Source: Acidimicrobiia bacterium (GTDB lineage: Bacteria > Actinomycetota > Acidimicrobiia > Spongiisociales > JAENVV01). Taken from it: a stretch of DNA of 64,000 bases. This document shows positions 19,250 to 29,083 of the stretch, one piece after another. The stretch lies in contig JBFGJH010000001.1 of assembly GCA_041577335.1 (NCBI GenBank), positions 68,221 through 132,220 of the forward strand, in the 5' to 3' direction. Each line of letters starts with the position of its first letter. The first letter of the stretch is position 1. Made by a program: the position numbers and the translations under genes. The notes beneath the pieces are model-generated. The model made no database searches. It saw nothing but the letters and a program-made list of their open reading frames with translations, and had not been told where the DNA came from.

Positions 19250-21148
19250 CTACTGGGCAGCGGCGACGTCGAGTGAGCGCATGATGAACGAGGCCATCTG
19301 GGCGCGCGTCACGGTCTCGTCGGGACAGAACTGATCAAATGACGGCGGATTGCAGCCGACGGTGATGCCATGATCGGCCAAGATCCTGATTTGGGCTGCG
19401 TTGGGATCGCCACCAATGTCGGTGAAATCAGATGCGCCGAGACTCGGAAGGTCCAAAGTCGACACGATGAAGAGCGCCATCTCTGATCGGGTGATGGGTT
19501 GCCAGGGACAGAACAAGGACCCTCCGCAGCCCAGGTCCTCTGTCCCAGCCGCCATGAGCCGGTTGATGTCATCCTCGAAGACGATGTCATTGTCGTCTGT
19601 GAAGAAGTCGGCGGCGGTCGCGGGCAGGTCGAAGGCCCGGCGCAGGAACGCCGACATTTGGGCCCGGCTCACATCCTTCTTCGGACAGTAGAGGTTGTTG
19701 ACGGGGGGATTGCAGCCGACCGTGATCCCGAGGGCGGCGATCTGGTTGATCTGGGAGAAGTGGACCGACTCCGAGATGTCGTCGAATGCGGGAATGTTGG
19801 CATCGGGAAGGAACTCGATTCCCGTCACAGTCGGCGACCGGAGTCCGAGGGCCGAATACAGCGGGGGAATCTCCACGACGCTCACAGTCGTTGCCCCGTT
19901 CTTCTTTCCCGTGACCTCGATGGTCGCATTGGGGGCAGGGTTCACCAGCTCGATTGCCGTGATGGTGTCGAAGCCGAGTACGACAGCGATCTCGATCGCC
20001 GGGATCGCCTCTTCCCACGTTGCGAACGGGTTGAACACGGCGGGGTCCTGTGACCACGGATCGGGAACCGACCTGGCCCATCCCGTGTAGGAGCCGAACA
20101 CGTCCTCGCTGTTCTCTGTGACACCGCCGGTCGATGAGCTGTACCAAGCAGTGATCGGCGACCCATCTTGGGCCAGCACCGTCCCAGTGGTCGTATCGAC
20201 GGCGTCGACCCACTTGGCTCCCAAAGGTTCCGACTCGTGTGTCCAGCCGGTGTAGTTCTGATCAGCCGGGGTATCTCGGAGATGGCAGTAGCAGATGTTC
20301 TGCCAGGTCGCGGTGATGGGCTCAGCTGGATTGGCGCTGCTGTAGCGGGCGGCGGTGGTCGCGACGGCATAGGTTCGCCCGGCGATGACCTGAGCTTCCA
20401 ACGCAGAGTGATGCCAGGACAGGGGTACTTCGGCCAGCCCGCGCAGGTAGAGCTCCAACTCCACTTCGAGCGACACGTGGAACGTCCAGTCGGCAACTTG
20501 CTCCGCCCCCTGGCGGATGCGAACCCGTCCGTGCTTGTACTCGTAGTCGTCGATTTCGATGATCGCCGCCTGGCCGGTGCCGCCCCATGTCACGCTGGCC
20601 TTGCAGGACCCTTCGGCGGCCGGTGCCGGCAATGCAGACGGGCTCACCCGCTCGAACCTGCACAGTTCTTCTCCGCCCGGGCCCTCGAACTGTCCGAATT
20701 TCCAGGTCTCCCCCGGGGCGGGCTGGATGTCCTGGCGAGGGCATTGGCCTGTCCCGTCGTTCGCCTGGCAGAGGCTGATTCCGCCTGCGGCATCCGACGG
20801 GATCGAGAACTCGAACGATTCCTGGTCCTGCAGCAGACCGATCCACAGCTCGGGATCGTCCTCGCCGAGGAGGTGGGTGTCGGCGTAGAGCGACTGGCGG
20901 TCCTCCTGGTCGATCGCGGTGTAGTAGTAGTCGAGAATCTCCGTGGCCGTCTCGCCGGCAAGCGCCTGTGCCTGTGCCCCGTACTGACTCATACCCACGC
21001 CGTGGCCCCAGCCGCCACCCGAAAAGAGATAGGCGTCGCCGACCGACTGGGCAGCCGATGGCACGGCGCCAAGCCCTATCGACGTCAGCGTCAAAACGAT
21101 ACAAATAACCGAACGCCGCACAGCTCTCCTTGGGTTCCTGGCATCCAC
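19250..21148 (-). CDS. SpoIID/LytB-domain secreted protein with C-terminal SLH repeats
   Basis: GWGHGVGMSQYGA, YLRGLAEVP, ALEAQVIAGRTYA and YSSSTGG; three C-terminal SLH-like repeats (SRAQM, TRSEM, TRAQM). Confidence 0.88.
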   Translation of the reverse strand: MDARNPRRAVRRSVICIVLTLTSIGLGAVPSAAQSVGDAYLFSGGGWGHGVGMSQYGAQAQALAGETATEILDYYYTAIDQEDRQSLYADTHLLGEDDPELWIGLLQDQESFEFSIPSDAAGGISLCQANDGTGQCPRQDIQPAPGETWKFGQFEGPGGEELCRFERVSPSALPAPAAEGSCKASVTWGGTGQAAIIEIDDYEYKHGRVRIRQGAEQVADWTFHVSLEVELELYLRGLAEVPLSWHHSALEAQVIAGRTYAVATTAARYSSANPAEPITATWQNICYCHLRDTPADQNYTGWTHESEPLGAKWVDAVDTTTGTVLAQDGSPITAWYSSSTGGVTENSEDVFGSYTGWARSVPDPWSQDPAVFNPFATWEEAIPAIEIAVVLGFDTITAIELVNPAPNATIEVTGKKNGATTVSVVEIPPLYSALGLRSPTVTGIEFLPDANIPAFDDISESVHFSQINQIAALGITVGCNPPVNNLYCPKKDVSRAQMSAFLRRAFDLPATAADFFTDDNDIVFEDDINRLMAAGTEDLGCGGSLFCPWQPITRSEMALFIVSTLDLPSLGASDFTDIGGDPNAAQIRILADHGITVGCNPPSFDQFCPDETVTRAQMASFIMRSLDVAAAQ

Positions 21149-21175
21149 CGCGCCGGTTTCCGGCGACCACTCTTG

Positions 21176-21204
21176 ATATCGGCTGGTTCTAGCGCGGAGC
21201 TTGA
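21176..21204 (-). promoter_or_regulatory. Sigma-28/WhiG-like promoter TCAAG-N16-GCCGATAT
   Basis: Upstream of the SpoIID-SLH gene; matches the family consensus. Confidence 0.6.
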
Positions 21205-21256
21205 TGGACTCATACTACTTCGTCAAGAAACATCACCAAGAGTGGTCGGAAACGCC

Positions 21257-21284
21257 TAAAGAAGTGCTAAGAGTGAACCGATCA
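21257..21284 (+). promoter_or_regulatory. Sigma-28/WhiG-like promoter TAAAG-N15-ACCGATCA
   Basis: Ends 7 nt before the GTG at 21292 of the CAP-SLH gene. Confidence 0.6.
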
Positions 21285-21291
21285 TTGAACC

Positions 21292-22329
21292 GTGACTATG
21301 CGACTTGGGACTCGCATCGTTGCGGTAGCGCTGGCGCTGGCGCTGATCGGCACGCTGCTCGTTGTGCCACAGGACAGCGTCCTTGCAGCTCCCGCCGACG
21401 ACGCGGACATGCTGGAACTCATCAATGCCGCCCGACAGGACGAGGCGCTCGCCCCCCTGGTGGTGAGCGAGGAATTGCTCGCAGCGGCCGAAGCACAGAC
21501 CGACGCCCAGATGGCAGCAGGCACCATCTTTCACACCTCGGATCTCGGTTCGGTTGCCACCGGTTGGCAACTCCTCGGCGAGAACGTCGGTGTCGGGCCC
21601 AGCATGGCGATCCTCCACGATGCGTTCATGGCATCTCCCGGACATCGAGCCAACGTGCTCGGTGACTTCAACCAGGTCGCCATCTCGGCCAAGCAAGCCG
21701 AGAGTGGACAGTTCTACGTCACGCTGATCTTCATGCAGAAGCCGCTTCCGGAGCCGTCGACGAGCGGAACGCAAGACTCCGACCAGATCGTCGAACTCGT
21801 GCCCGGAGATATCGCCGACATCGTCGGCACCACGTTCGAGGGAGATATCGAGTGGCTGGCCGAGGAGGGAATCGCCATCGCCTGCGACGGAGCCGGGTCT
21901 TTGTACTGCCCGGCACAGGCCACGACCCGCGGGGCAATGGCAACGATGATGGCTCGGGCCCTCGATCTGCCGGCCTCTGCCGAAGACCATTTCGTCGACG
22001 ACAATGGGTCACCACACGAGGACGCCATCAATGCCATGGCGGCCGCGGGGATCACTCTCGGGTGCCATACCCCGAGCAGCTACTGCCCCGACCAATCGCT
22101 CACCCGGGCCCAGATGGCCAGCTTCTTCGTGAGAGCTCTCGACCTCACCGTGCCCGACGCCGACTTCTTCAGCGACGACGGGAATTCCATCCACGAACCG
22201 GCCATCAACGCTCTCGCCGAGGCGGAAATCACCTTGGGCTGCAACCCGCCACTCAACGACGAATTCTGCGGCTCCAGTGACCTCTCCCGAGGCCACATCG
22301 CAGCCTTCATCCGCCGGGCCCTCGGCTAG
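21292..22329 (+). CDS. Secreted CAP (SCP)-domain protein with SLH repeats
   Basis: LINAARQ, GENVG and FMASPGHRANVL, then three SLH repeats (TRGAM, TRAQM, SRGHI). Confidence 0.88.
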   Translation: MTMRLGTRIVAVALALALIGTLLVVPQDSVLAAPADDADMLELINAARQDEALAPLVVSEELLAAAEAQTDAQMAAGTIFHTSDLGSVATGWQLLGENVGVGPSMAILHDAFMASPGHRANVLGDFNQVAISAKQAESGQFYVTLIFMQKPLPEPSTSGTQDSDQIVELVPGDIADIVGTTFEGDIEWLAEEGIAIACDGAGSLYCPAQATTRGAMATMMARALDLPASAEDHFVDDNGSPHEDAINAMAAAGITLGCHTPSSYCPDQSLTRAQMASFFVRALDLTVPDADFFSDDGNSIHEPAINALAEAEITLGCNPPLNDEFCGSSDLSRGHIAAFIRRALG

Positions 22330-22364
22330 CTGACTGCTCCCCTGACGGGGACTATCCTGCTGCG

Positions 22365-23867
22365 GTGACCAAAGAGCTGGATCGCGTATCGCAGGCATTG
22401 CGCGACGAGCGAGTTCTGCGCCAACAAGCCGACCAACGAGCAGCGCAGGCGACCGAGAAAGCGCGGATCTGGCGCCGGAGGGCCGAGGAGCGGGCGGAAC
22501 GCATACGCGAGCTCGAGCAGGCGAATCGACCACTGTTCGGGCGCCGCCGTTCGCCGGAATCACCCGCTCCCATTCACCACGCCGAGGCGCCGGCCAAGGC
22601 TCGGCTGGCGTGGAAGTCACACCCCGGGATACGGGTGGCGACCGCAACAAAGAACGCCGACTGCGACAACCTTCTCGCCATGTTCGATACGATCGCCTTC
22701 GACGGGGAACCGCCCGCCGATGCCGACCTCGTGCTCGTCTCGCCCGAAATCGTGCGGCGCTGGACGAACGAGGAGCGAGCGTCCTTACAGGCGTGGGCGG
22801 ATTCGCCCGGCCGAGTTCCCCTGGTGACCTACGGTTCAGAGTCGCTGCCATTCTCCGCCGCGACCGTGACATTGCCGGCGGCCGCGCTGAGTTCCTTTCG
22901 ATTCTCCGGCCTCGATCTCGACCAGTCGGACGACCTCGTCCGCATCACCGAAGCCGAGCTGACCGAGCCACGGGTCATCGCCGCTGCCGCGTCGGGAGTG
23001 CCGTTCGCCGTCGGAGACGCCAACCCTTCGATCGACCATGCGTCCACAGCCGCCCGGCGGTGGGCGTATCGCTATCACCATCCCCGGATCAAGGGAGCCC
23101 AACTCCTCCACCTCGCCGGAATCGCCGCCGCAGATACGACTCCCCTGATCACTGCCGCGCTCGTCTCCAATCGCCCCGACCTGGTGCCCGACCAAATGCG
23201 GTCACTCACCGAGCAGACGCACCCACGGGTCGAAATCCTGATCGGGTTGCACGGTTGCGAGCCGAGCGCAGAGTTGCGGGCCGCCATCGATCAGTTCTCG
23301 GATCGGTGGCGCATCACGGTGATGCCCTTTCCAGCATCACTCACGTTGGGCGAGTGCCTCAACCATGTGATCGAAGCCGGTACCGGGGCGCTCATCGCCA
23401 AGATCGATGACGACGATTTCTACGGACCGGCCTACCTCGAGGATGCCGTCCATGCCTTTGACTACAGCCGATCCGACATCGTGGGCAAGGCAACCCAGTT
23501 CACATATCTTGCCGAAACCGATGAGACCGTCGTCCGGCGGGTGGGCCAGGAAGAGCGACTGATGGGGGGAACGCCCACCGGCGCTTCGATGCTGGCAACC
23601 CGGCGACTGTGGAACGAGGTTCGCTTTCCTCATCGTCCTCGCTTCGTCGATTCTGTCTTTGTGCGAGGCGCCCGTGCCTTGGGCGCAACGGTGTACGCCA
23701 CGTCTCGGTGGGAGTTCTGTTACGTGCGCCACGAGGCCGGCCACACCTGGGCAGCATCTCCGGCGTCCCTGCTGGCCAGCTCGGAGCCTGCCTTCCCGGG
23801 ATTCGACGCCCGCCGCGTAGTGGTTGCCGACCATTGTTCGGGTCTGTCGGCACCGGCGCCTACCTAA
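22365..23867 (+). CDS. Glycosyltransferase, GT-A fold, with N-terminal coiled coil
   Basis: TLGECLN and AKIDDDDFYGPAYLED; TATCCT 6 nt before the GTG. Confidence 0.75.
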   Translation: MTKELDRVSQALRDERVLRQQADQRAAQATEKARIWRRRAEERAERIRELEQANRPLFGRRRSPESPAPIHHAEAPAKARLAWKSHPGIRVATATKNADCDNLLAMFDTIAFDGEPPADADLVLVSPEIVRRWTNEERASLQAWADSPGRVPLVTYGSESLPFSAATVTLPAAALSSFRFSGLDLDQSDDLVRITEAELTEPRVIAAAASGVPFAVGDANPSIDHASTAARRWAYRYHHPRIKGAQLLHLAGIAAADTTPLITAALVSNRPDLVPDQMRSLTEQTHPRVEILIGLHGCEPSAELRAAIDQFSDRWRITVMPFPASLTLGECLNHVIEAGTGALIAKIDDDDFYGPAYLEDAVHAFDYSRSDIVGKATQFTYLAETDETVVRRVGQEERLMGGTPTGASMLATRRLWNEVRFPHRPRFVDSVFVRGARALGATVYATSRWEFCYVRHEAGHTWAASPASLLASSEPAFPGFDARRVVVADHCSGLSAPAPT

Positions 23868-23901
23868 CGGAGCACTGCAACCGCCCCGGTACACTCGCCC
23901 G

Positions 23902-25587
23902 ATGCGAATCTGCTTGCTCGGCCGGAGCGACTTGACGACCCGCTCCGAATCGTCGGTGCTCGCCCGCCGCTTGGCTCACGGTGGGCACGACGTGATCATC
24001 GTGTGTGGCGACGGGCGCAGCGGCCATGATTCGGCGACCGTAACTCCGGTGGCACGCCGGCTCCCGGCCGGCGGCGGCAGACTGGGCAGGCTCATACGCC
24101 GGGCCCAACCCCAATGGATGGTTCGCAAGTCTCTCGATTTCCGGCTGGTGGCCGCTGCACGCGCCACGGAAGCAGATCTGTTCTACCCAGCCGGCCCCAC
24201 CGACGTCGCATTGGCTCGAAGCGCCACTGGGCCAACTGCCCTGGTTGCCACCCAACCGTATTGGCAGTCGGCCTCGCGGACGGATCTGGCTTGGAGCGGG
24301 GCAGTCGCCTCACGCTGGACGTCGTCACCGGCAGGGCCGGGACTCTTGTTCCCGACGCCGCCGGACGCCATTCACCCGAGCGCCATGACGATTGGCGTGG
24401 CCTATCGGCGTACCGGGAGCAATCCCGGACGCTACCTCGAGTCCGCCCTGGTACGAGCTGGGTGCAACGTCATTGCCTTGACCGACCTCAATTGGGAAGC
24501 AGCCGAAGGAGCGGATGCCGTGATCATCGTCGAGAGCCCGCTTCCCCAGCTCGCTCAGAAAGGGGTGAACCCGGGCGTTCCGGTCATCTTCTGGGTTCAC
24601 CACGGTGAACAACACATCGAGGCGAACGTTCGGTTGGCCCGGCTCTACGAGGCCGACGCGGTGCTCATGGCTCATAGCCTTCACCTCGCCCATCGATTCT
24701 CCGTACCGGTCCACAGGTTTCCGTTTGGCATCGCGCCCGAGCTAGGCACTGAGTGGATTCCCTTCGCCGAACGAACCTACGACGCAGCCCTCATCGGCTC
24801 TGGCACCGAGTCGAAGGGAGGGCGATATCGGCGACGCGCCGACCTGGTCAGGTCCGCCCGCCGGGTCTTCGGCGACGATCGGGTCCGCGCCGGCCGCGGG
24901 CTTTCCCCAAAAGAGATTGCCGACGTCTACCGGAACAGCCGGATCGTCATCAACGACGGGGGCGACCGTCACCTCCCGATCACGATGAGAGTCATGGAAG
25001 CGATCGGATCTGGGGCCTTGCTCCTCAGCGACCCGGCACCCGGCCTCGACTCCCTCTTTGAACCGGGCGTCGAGTTCGTGGAGATCGTTGATGGCTTCGA
25101 GGACCAACTCCGCTCCATCATCAAAGACCCGGGAAGCGAACAGATCGCCCGAGCCGGGCATCAACACGGCCTCGCTCACCACACCTATGACGAGCGTGCC
25201 CGGCGGGCGATGATCATTGCCGCTTCCACAGTCCGGCGGTCCCCCGAGCCGGTGGAGCGATCGGATCTCGAGTCCGTGCTCGACCGCGACCCGGACGTCG
25301 AGACCATCGCAGGCCTCCCCGACCCGGCGCTGGTCATCGACCATGTGGTCGACGGCAGGCACCTGGCAGACATCCCTGAAGGCGGCGTGGACGCGGCGTT
25401 CGTGACGAATGCCGGCCAGCTGCCGGCAGCACGAGTGGCCGCCCGGCTCTTCGTGTATGGGCCTCCCGAAGCAGTTCCCGATGGAGAAGCCACGCCCAGC
25501 GGATTGCGGCGCCTCGATGTGCGAGCGAAGCCCAAGGAGGGGTATTCATTCGGCGGCATCTCCTACCGGCTGGCCCGGAGTGGCTGA
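23902..25587 (+). CDS. Glycosyltransferase (GT-B, CgeB/Glyco_trans_1_2-like)
   Basis: YRNSRIVIN, TMRVMEAIGSGALLL and HHTYDERA; TACACT 6 nt before the ATG at 23902. Confidence 0.75.
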   Translation: MRICLLGRSDLTTRSESSVLARRLAHGGHDVIIVCGDGRSGHDSATVTPVARRLPAGGGRLGRLIRRAQPQWMVRKSLDFRLVAAARATEADLFYPAGPTDVALARSATGPTALVATQPYWQSASRTDLAWSGAVASRWTSSPAGPGLLFPTPPDAIHPSAMTIGVAYRRTGSNPGRYLESALVRAGCNVIALTDLNWEAAEGADAVIIVESPLPQLAQKGVNPGVPVIFWVHHGEQHIEANVRLARLYEADAVLMAHSLHLAHRFSVPVHRFPFGIAPELGTEWIPFAERTYDAALIGSGTESKGGRYRRRADLVRSARRVFGDDRVRAGRGLSPKEIADVYRNSRIVINDGGDRHLPITMRVMEAIGSGALLLSDPAPGLDSLFEPGVEFVEIVDGFEDQLRSIIKDPGSEQIARAGHQHGLAHHTYDERARRAMIIAASTVRRSPEPVERSDLESVLDRDPDVETIAGLPDPALVIDHVVDGRHLADIPEGGVDAAFVTNAGQLPAARVAARLFVYGPPEAVPDGEATPSGLRRLDVRAKPKEGYSFGGISYRLARSG

Positions 25588-25605
25588 GCGTGGCGAGGTA
25601 GCACC

Positions 25606-27030
25606 GTGAAGATCTGCATGTTCGTGAAGAACTCCTTTGAGTACGACGCCCGCGTCACCAAAGAGGCGAGGAGCCTGATCGGCGCCGGCCATGACGTGAC
25701 CGTTGTGGCAATCCACGTACCCGATGTGACGGAACGCGAAGAGGTGACGAGCGACGGCATCGCGGTCGTCCGCGTGTCGCGCATGCATTTTGGCCTGGGA
25801 GCCTTGTCGAAGTTCGCCGGACGATATGCAGGCACCATCGAGCAACGTCATTCCCGGCTGACCGGCGAGCCCGTCGATGTCGCCAAAGCAGCCGAATTGA
25901 GCCAGGTCGTGCCGGCTTCCACTGCCACACCCGGCGCCAATCAGCCGGTAGCGGCACCTACCCAACCCTCCTCTCCTGCGGCGGTGGGCGCCGGCTCGCG
26001 GCTGTGGGCTTCGATGACCACTCCCCTGTTCCGGGGGCTGGCCCACATCGCCAGATTCGGCTTCCGGGCGGTTCGTGTATTGCTGGGGAAGCAAGGGAGT
26101 GCTCTGAAGACGTGGGCGATCAACCGCCGCATGATCGAGGTGGGCATCGCCTCAGGCGCCGACGTGTTCCATTCCCACGACCTCAACACGCTGTATATCG
26201 GAGCCATGTGCAAGCGCCAGACGGGTTCACGCCTCGTGTACGACTCTCACGAGCTCGCCACCGAACGGAACCGTATGACCTACTGGTGGAAGCGGTGGGC
26301 CACCTGGAACGAACGGCGCTGGATCAAGTACGCCAACGCCATCATCGTCGCCAGCCCGTCGTGGACAGGCTGGCTACGTGACAAATACGCGGGACTGCAT
26401 CAACCGATCACGGAGGTCATCAATGTTCCCCCGCTGGAGCCCGTGCATGCTCGTGACCTCCGCGGGGAGCTCGGCATCTCCCCCGACGACCGGATTCTCC
26501 TGTATCAGGGGTCCATCCAGGAGAATCGCGGCATCGAGCAAGCCATCGAAGCGACACTCAAGCTCGACCGGGCCGTCATGGTGGTCGTGGGCTACGGGTA
26601 CCACCGGCCCACCCTCGAGAAGATGGTCCGCGACCGAAACCTCACCAACCGGGTGAAGTTTTTTGGGCCGATCCCCAACCACGAACTGGTCGATTGGACC
26701 GCCGGAGCCGACATTGGCATGGCCAACATCATCAATTCGTCGGTCAGCTACTTCACCTCATTGCCCAACAAACTGTTCGAGTACATCATGGCGGGGGTCG
26801 CGGTGATCGGTTCCGACTCACCCGAGATCGGAAGGATCGTTGCGGCAACCGGCGTCGGCGAAGTTTGTGATCCAGCCGACGCAGATGCGATCGCGGCCGC
26901 AGCACGCTTGATCCTCGGGGACTTGGATCGGTACCGGTCACGCACCGCCGCAGCGGCCGCGCTCTACAACTGGTCGGTCGAAGAGAAGAAGCTCTTGGCG
27001 CTCTACGAGGAGCTGGCTGCCTCGATGTAG
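25606..27030 (+). CDS. GT4 glycosyltransferase
   Basis: YDARVTKEA, HSHDL, VYDSHE and PNKLFEYIMAG. Confidence 0.9.
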   Translation: MKICMFVKNSFEYDARVTKEARSLIGAGHDVTVVAIHVPDVTEREEVTSDGIAVVRVSRMHFGLGALSKFAGRYAGTIEQRHSRLTGEPVDVAKAAELSQVVPASTATPGANQPVAAPTQPSSPAAVGAGSRLWASMTTPLFRGLAHIARFGFRAVRVLLGKQGSALKTWAINRRMIEVGIASGADVFHSHDLNTLYIGAMCKRQTGSRLVYDSHELATERNRMTYWWKRWATWNERRWIKYANAIIVASPSWTGWLRDKYAGLHQPITEVINVPPLEPVHARDLRGELGISPDDRILLYQGSIQENRGIEQAIEATLKLDRAVMVVVGYGYHRPTLEKMVRDRNLTNRVKFFGPIPNHELVDWTAGADIGMANIINSSVSYFTSLPNKLFEYIMAGVAVIGSDSPEIGRIVAATGVGEVCDPADADAIAAAARLILGDLDRYRSRTAAAAALYNWSVEEKKLLALYEELAASM

Positions 27031-28175
27031 TCGATCGCTCGCATCATGAAACTGGCGTACTGGGCTCGAGTGAGCCCCTCGGAAGGACAGTACAACCCGG
27101 CTTCCTCGTCACAGCCCGACGTGAGCCCGACCCCGGCCAGTGCGTTGATCTCGGCCTCGAAGGCATTCCCGGCGATGTCGATGAAGGGGCCTTCTGAGCT
27201 CGGCGGATAGCCGAAGGCGTAGACGAAGAACGCAGCGAGCTCGGCCCGGGTGACCACGCTCCCCCCGCAGTAGTCGTTCTCGGCGCACCCGAAGGCAATC
27301 CCCGCCTCGGTGAGCGCATTGATGGCAGCTTCGTGCACCGAGCTGTCATCGTCGGTGTAGTAGTCGGATGCCGCCTCCGGGAGAGCCAGGTAGCGCTGCA
27401 GGAACGTGGCTAGCTGGCCGCGGGTGACCTGGTCGGCTGGGCAATAGAGGTTGTCGTCGGGGACGCAACCAACGGTCAGTCCGCGCTCAAAAAGTCGCTC
27501 GATCTCGCCTTGGTGAACAGAGTTGTCATCGTCTGAGAAGGAGCCTTCAAACACGATCGGGCCGCCGAGATCGGGCGGCGGCTCGCCTCCCTCAGCCGGA
27601 TCCCACGGCGCATCGAGCACCGTGGCCGTGAGGAGGTGGTCATAAGGGTTGACCAGCTCGTCGTTCTCGTTGCGCAGCTCAAAGTGTAGGTGTGGTGCGG
27701 TCCATTCGGCGTTGCCCGAGTCGCCGACCCAGCCGATCAGCTGGCCGGCCTCGACGTGGACGCCCGGCTCGATTCCTGGAGCGAATCCCCAGCCAAGGCC
27801 GTCATCGGTGCCTGGTGTGTCGTTGTTGAGGTGGATGTAGGTGGAAGACCATCCGTCATCGTGGACCATTTCCATGTCACAGCAGTTGCCTTCGCCGTGG
27901 AACCAGCCGGGGTAGTAGGTGCCATCCGACGCTTGCCCTCCGATGACGCCATCGGCCACGGCAACGACCGGCGTCATCTTGTCGGCCATGATGTCGGTCG
28001 CTCCGTGAATGCCGCTCGAGCGGGGGGCGGTATAGGTGTCGGAGTAGTAGTTGTCCCCGACGACGGGGAAATACATCGGGTAGGCATCATCGGCCTGAGC
28101 TCCGGCAGGGGGAGCGATGGTCAGCAGCGAGAGAACGATGGCCGCGACAAACGAAAGAGAAACATACTTGGGCAT
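27003..28175 (-). CDS. Secreted M23 peptidase with SLH repeats
   Basis: HGATD, YIHLNND and PHLHFE; C-terminal SLH repeats (TRGQL, TRAEL, TRAQY). Confidence 0.9.
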   Translation of the reverse strand: MPKYVSLSFVAAIVLSLLTIAPPAGAQADDAYPMYFPVVGDNYYSDTYTAPRSSGIHGATDIMADKMTPVVAVADGVIGGQASDGTYYPGWFHGEGNCCDMEMVHDDGWSSTYIHLNNDTPGTDDGLGWGFAPGIEPGVHVEAGQLIGWVGDSGNAEWTAPHLHFELRNENDELVNPYDHLLTATVLDAPWDPAEGGEPPPDLGGPIVFEGSFSDDDNSVHQGEIERLFERGLTVGCVPDDNLYCPADQVTRGQLATFLQRYLALPEAASDYYTDDDSSVHEAAINALTEAGIAFGCAENDYCGGSVVTRAELAAFFVYAFGYPPSSEGPFIDIAGNAFEAEINALAGVGLTSGCDEEAGLYCPSEGLTRAQYASFMMRAIDYIEAASSS

Positions 28176-28181
28176 AGGGGG

Positions 28182-28209
28182 TAATCGGCACCCTAGGCCG
28201 GATTCTTGA
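28182..28209 (-). promoter_or_regulatory. Sigma-28/WhiG-like promoter TCAAG-N15-GCCGATTA
   Basis: Ends 6 nt before the ATG at 28175 (leaderless geometry). Confidence 0.65.
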
Positions 28210-28246
28210 ACCGCCCAAATATCCCCGCGTACGGCTTTACCCCCCG

Positions 28247-29083
28247 TTAAGGCGAAGCCAGGAGTGCGTTAATCACGGCTGGGAGCGACTCTCGCCAGTG
28301 TGGCAGCCGTCCCAGACCCAGCTCGTCGAGGCGCTCCGACGCCAGCTCGGAGTTGGCAGGGCGGGGTGCTGGGCGAGGGTATTCGTCGGTCGAGCAGGGA
28401 TGGACGCGCAATGGGTCGTAACCGGCGAGGCTGACCGAGTGGCGTGCCAACTCGAACCAGGTCGTGACCCCCTGATTGGTGAGGTGCAGGATGCCGGCGG
28501 CTCCGGCGTCGATGGCTGCCAGGGTTCCGGCGGCTAGGTCGTCGGTGACCGTTGGGCAGCCCCGCTGGTCATCGACGACCCGCAGCTCTTGGGTGGCGAC
28601 CTGCTTGAGCATGGTCGCAACGAAGTTGGGGTGGGTGCCGGACACCACCCATGACGTCCGGATGACCAACGCATCAGGGTTCATGGCGAGCGCGGCACGT
28701 TCTCCGGCAAGCTTGGTTCTCCCATAGGCGCTGCGCGGGTCGGGAACGCTCGACTCCACATACGCGCCAACGGCGTCACCGGAAAACACGTAGTCCGTCG
28801 AGAAGGTCACGAACCGGGCGCTGTTGCTGCCGCACCACGCCGCCATCGCTTCCACGGCTGCCGAGTTGACCATCGCAGCGGTCTCTTCATCCGACTCGGC
28901 TGCATCTACTGCCGTGTAGGCAGCACAATTGATCAACAGATCGGGTCGGGTGGCGTCGAGGAATTTGCCGACCGCCCCCGGCTTGGCAAGATCGAGGTCG
29001 CTCCTCGTCACGAGCCTCGCTTCGGGCAACTGTTTGCCGAAGGCGGTTCCCAGTTGGCCACCCGCCCCAGTGACCAAGATCAC
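28247..29083 (-). CDS. rfbD: dTDP-4-dehydrorhamnose reductase
   Basis: TGAGGQLG, NCAAYTAVD, STDYVF, YGRTK and VDDQRGCPT. Confidence 0.95.
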   Translation of the reverse strand: MILVTGAGGQLGTAFGKQLPEARLVTRSDLDLAKPGAVGKFLDATRPDLLINCAAYTAVDAAESDEETAAMVNSAAVEAMAAWCGSNSARFVTFSTDYVFSGDAVGAYVESSVPDPRSAYGRTKLAGERAALAMNPDALVIRTSWVVSGTHPNFVATMLKQVATQELRVVDDQRGCPTVTDDLAAGTLAAIDAGAAGILHLTNQGVTTWFELARHSVSLAGYDPLRVHPCSTDEYPRPAPRPANSELASERLDELGLGRLPHWRESLPAVINALLASP

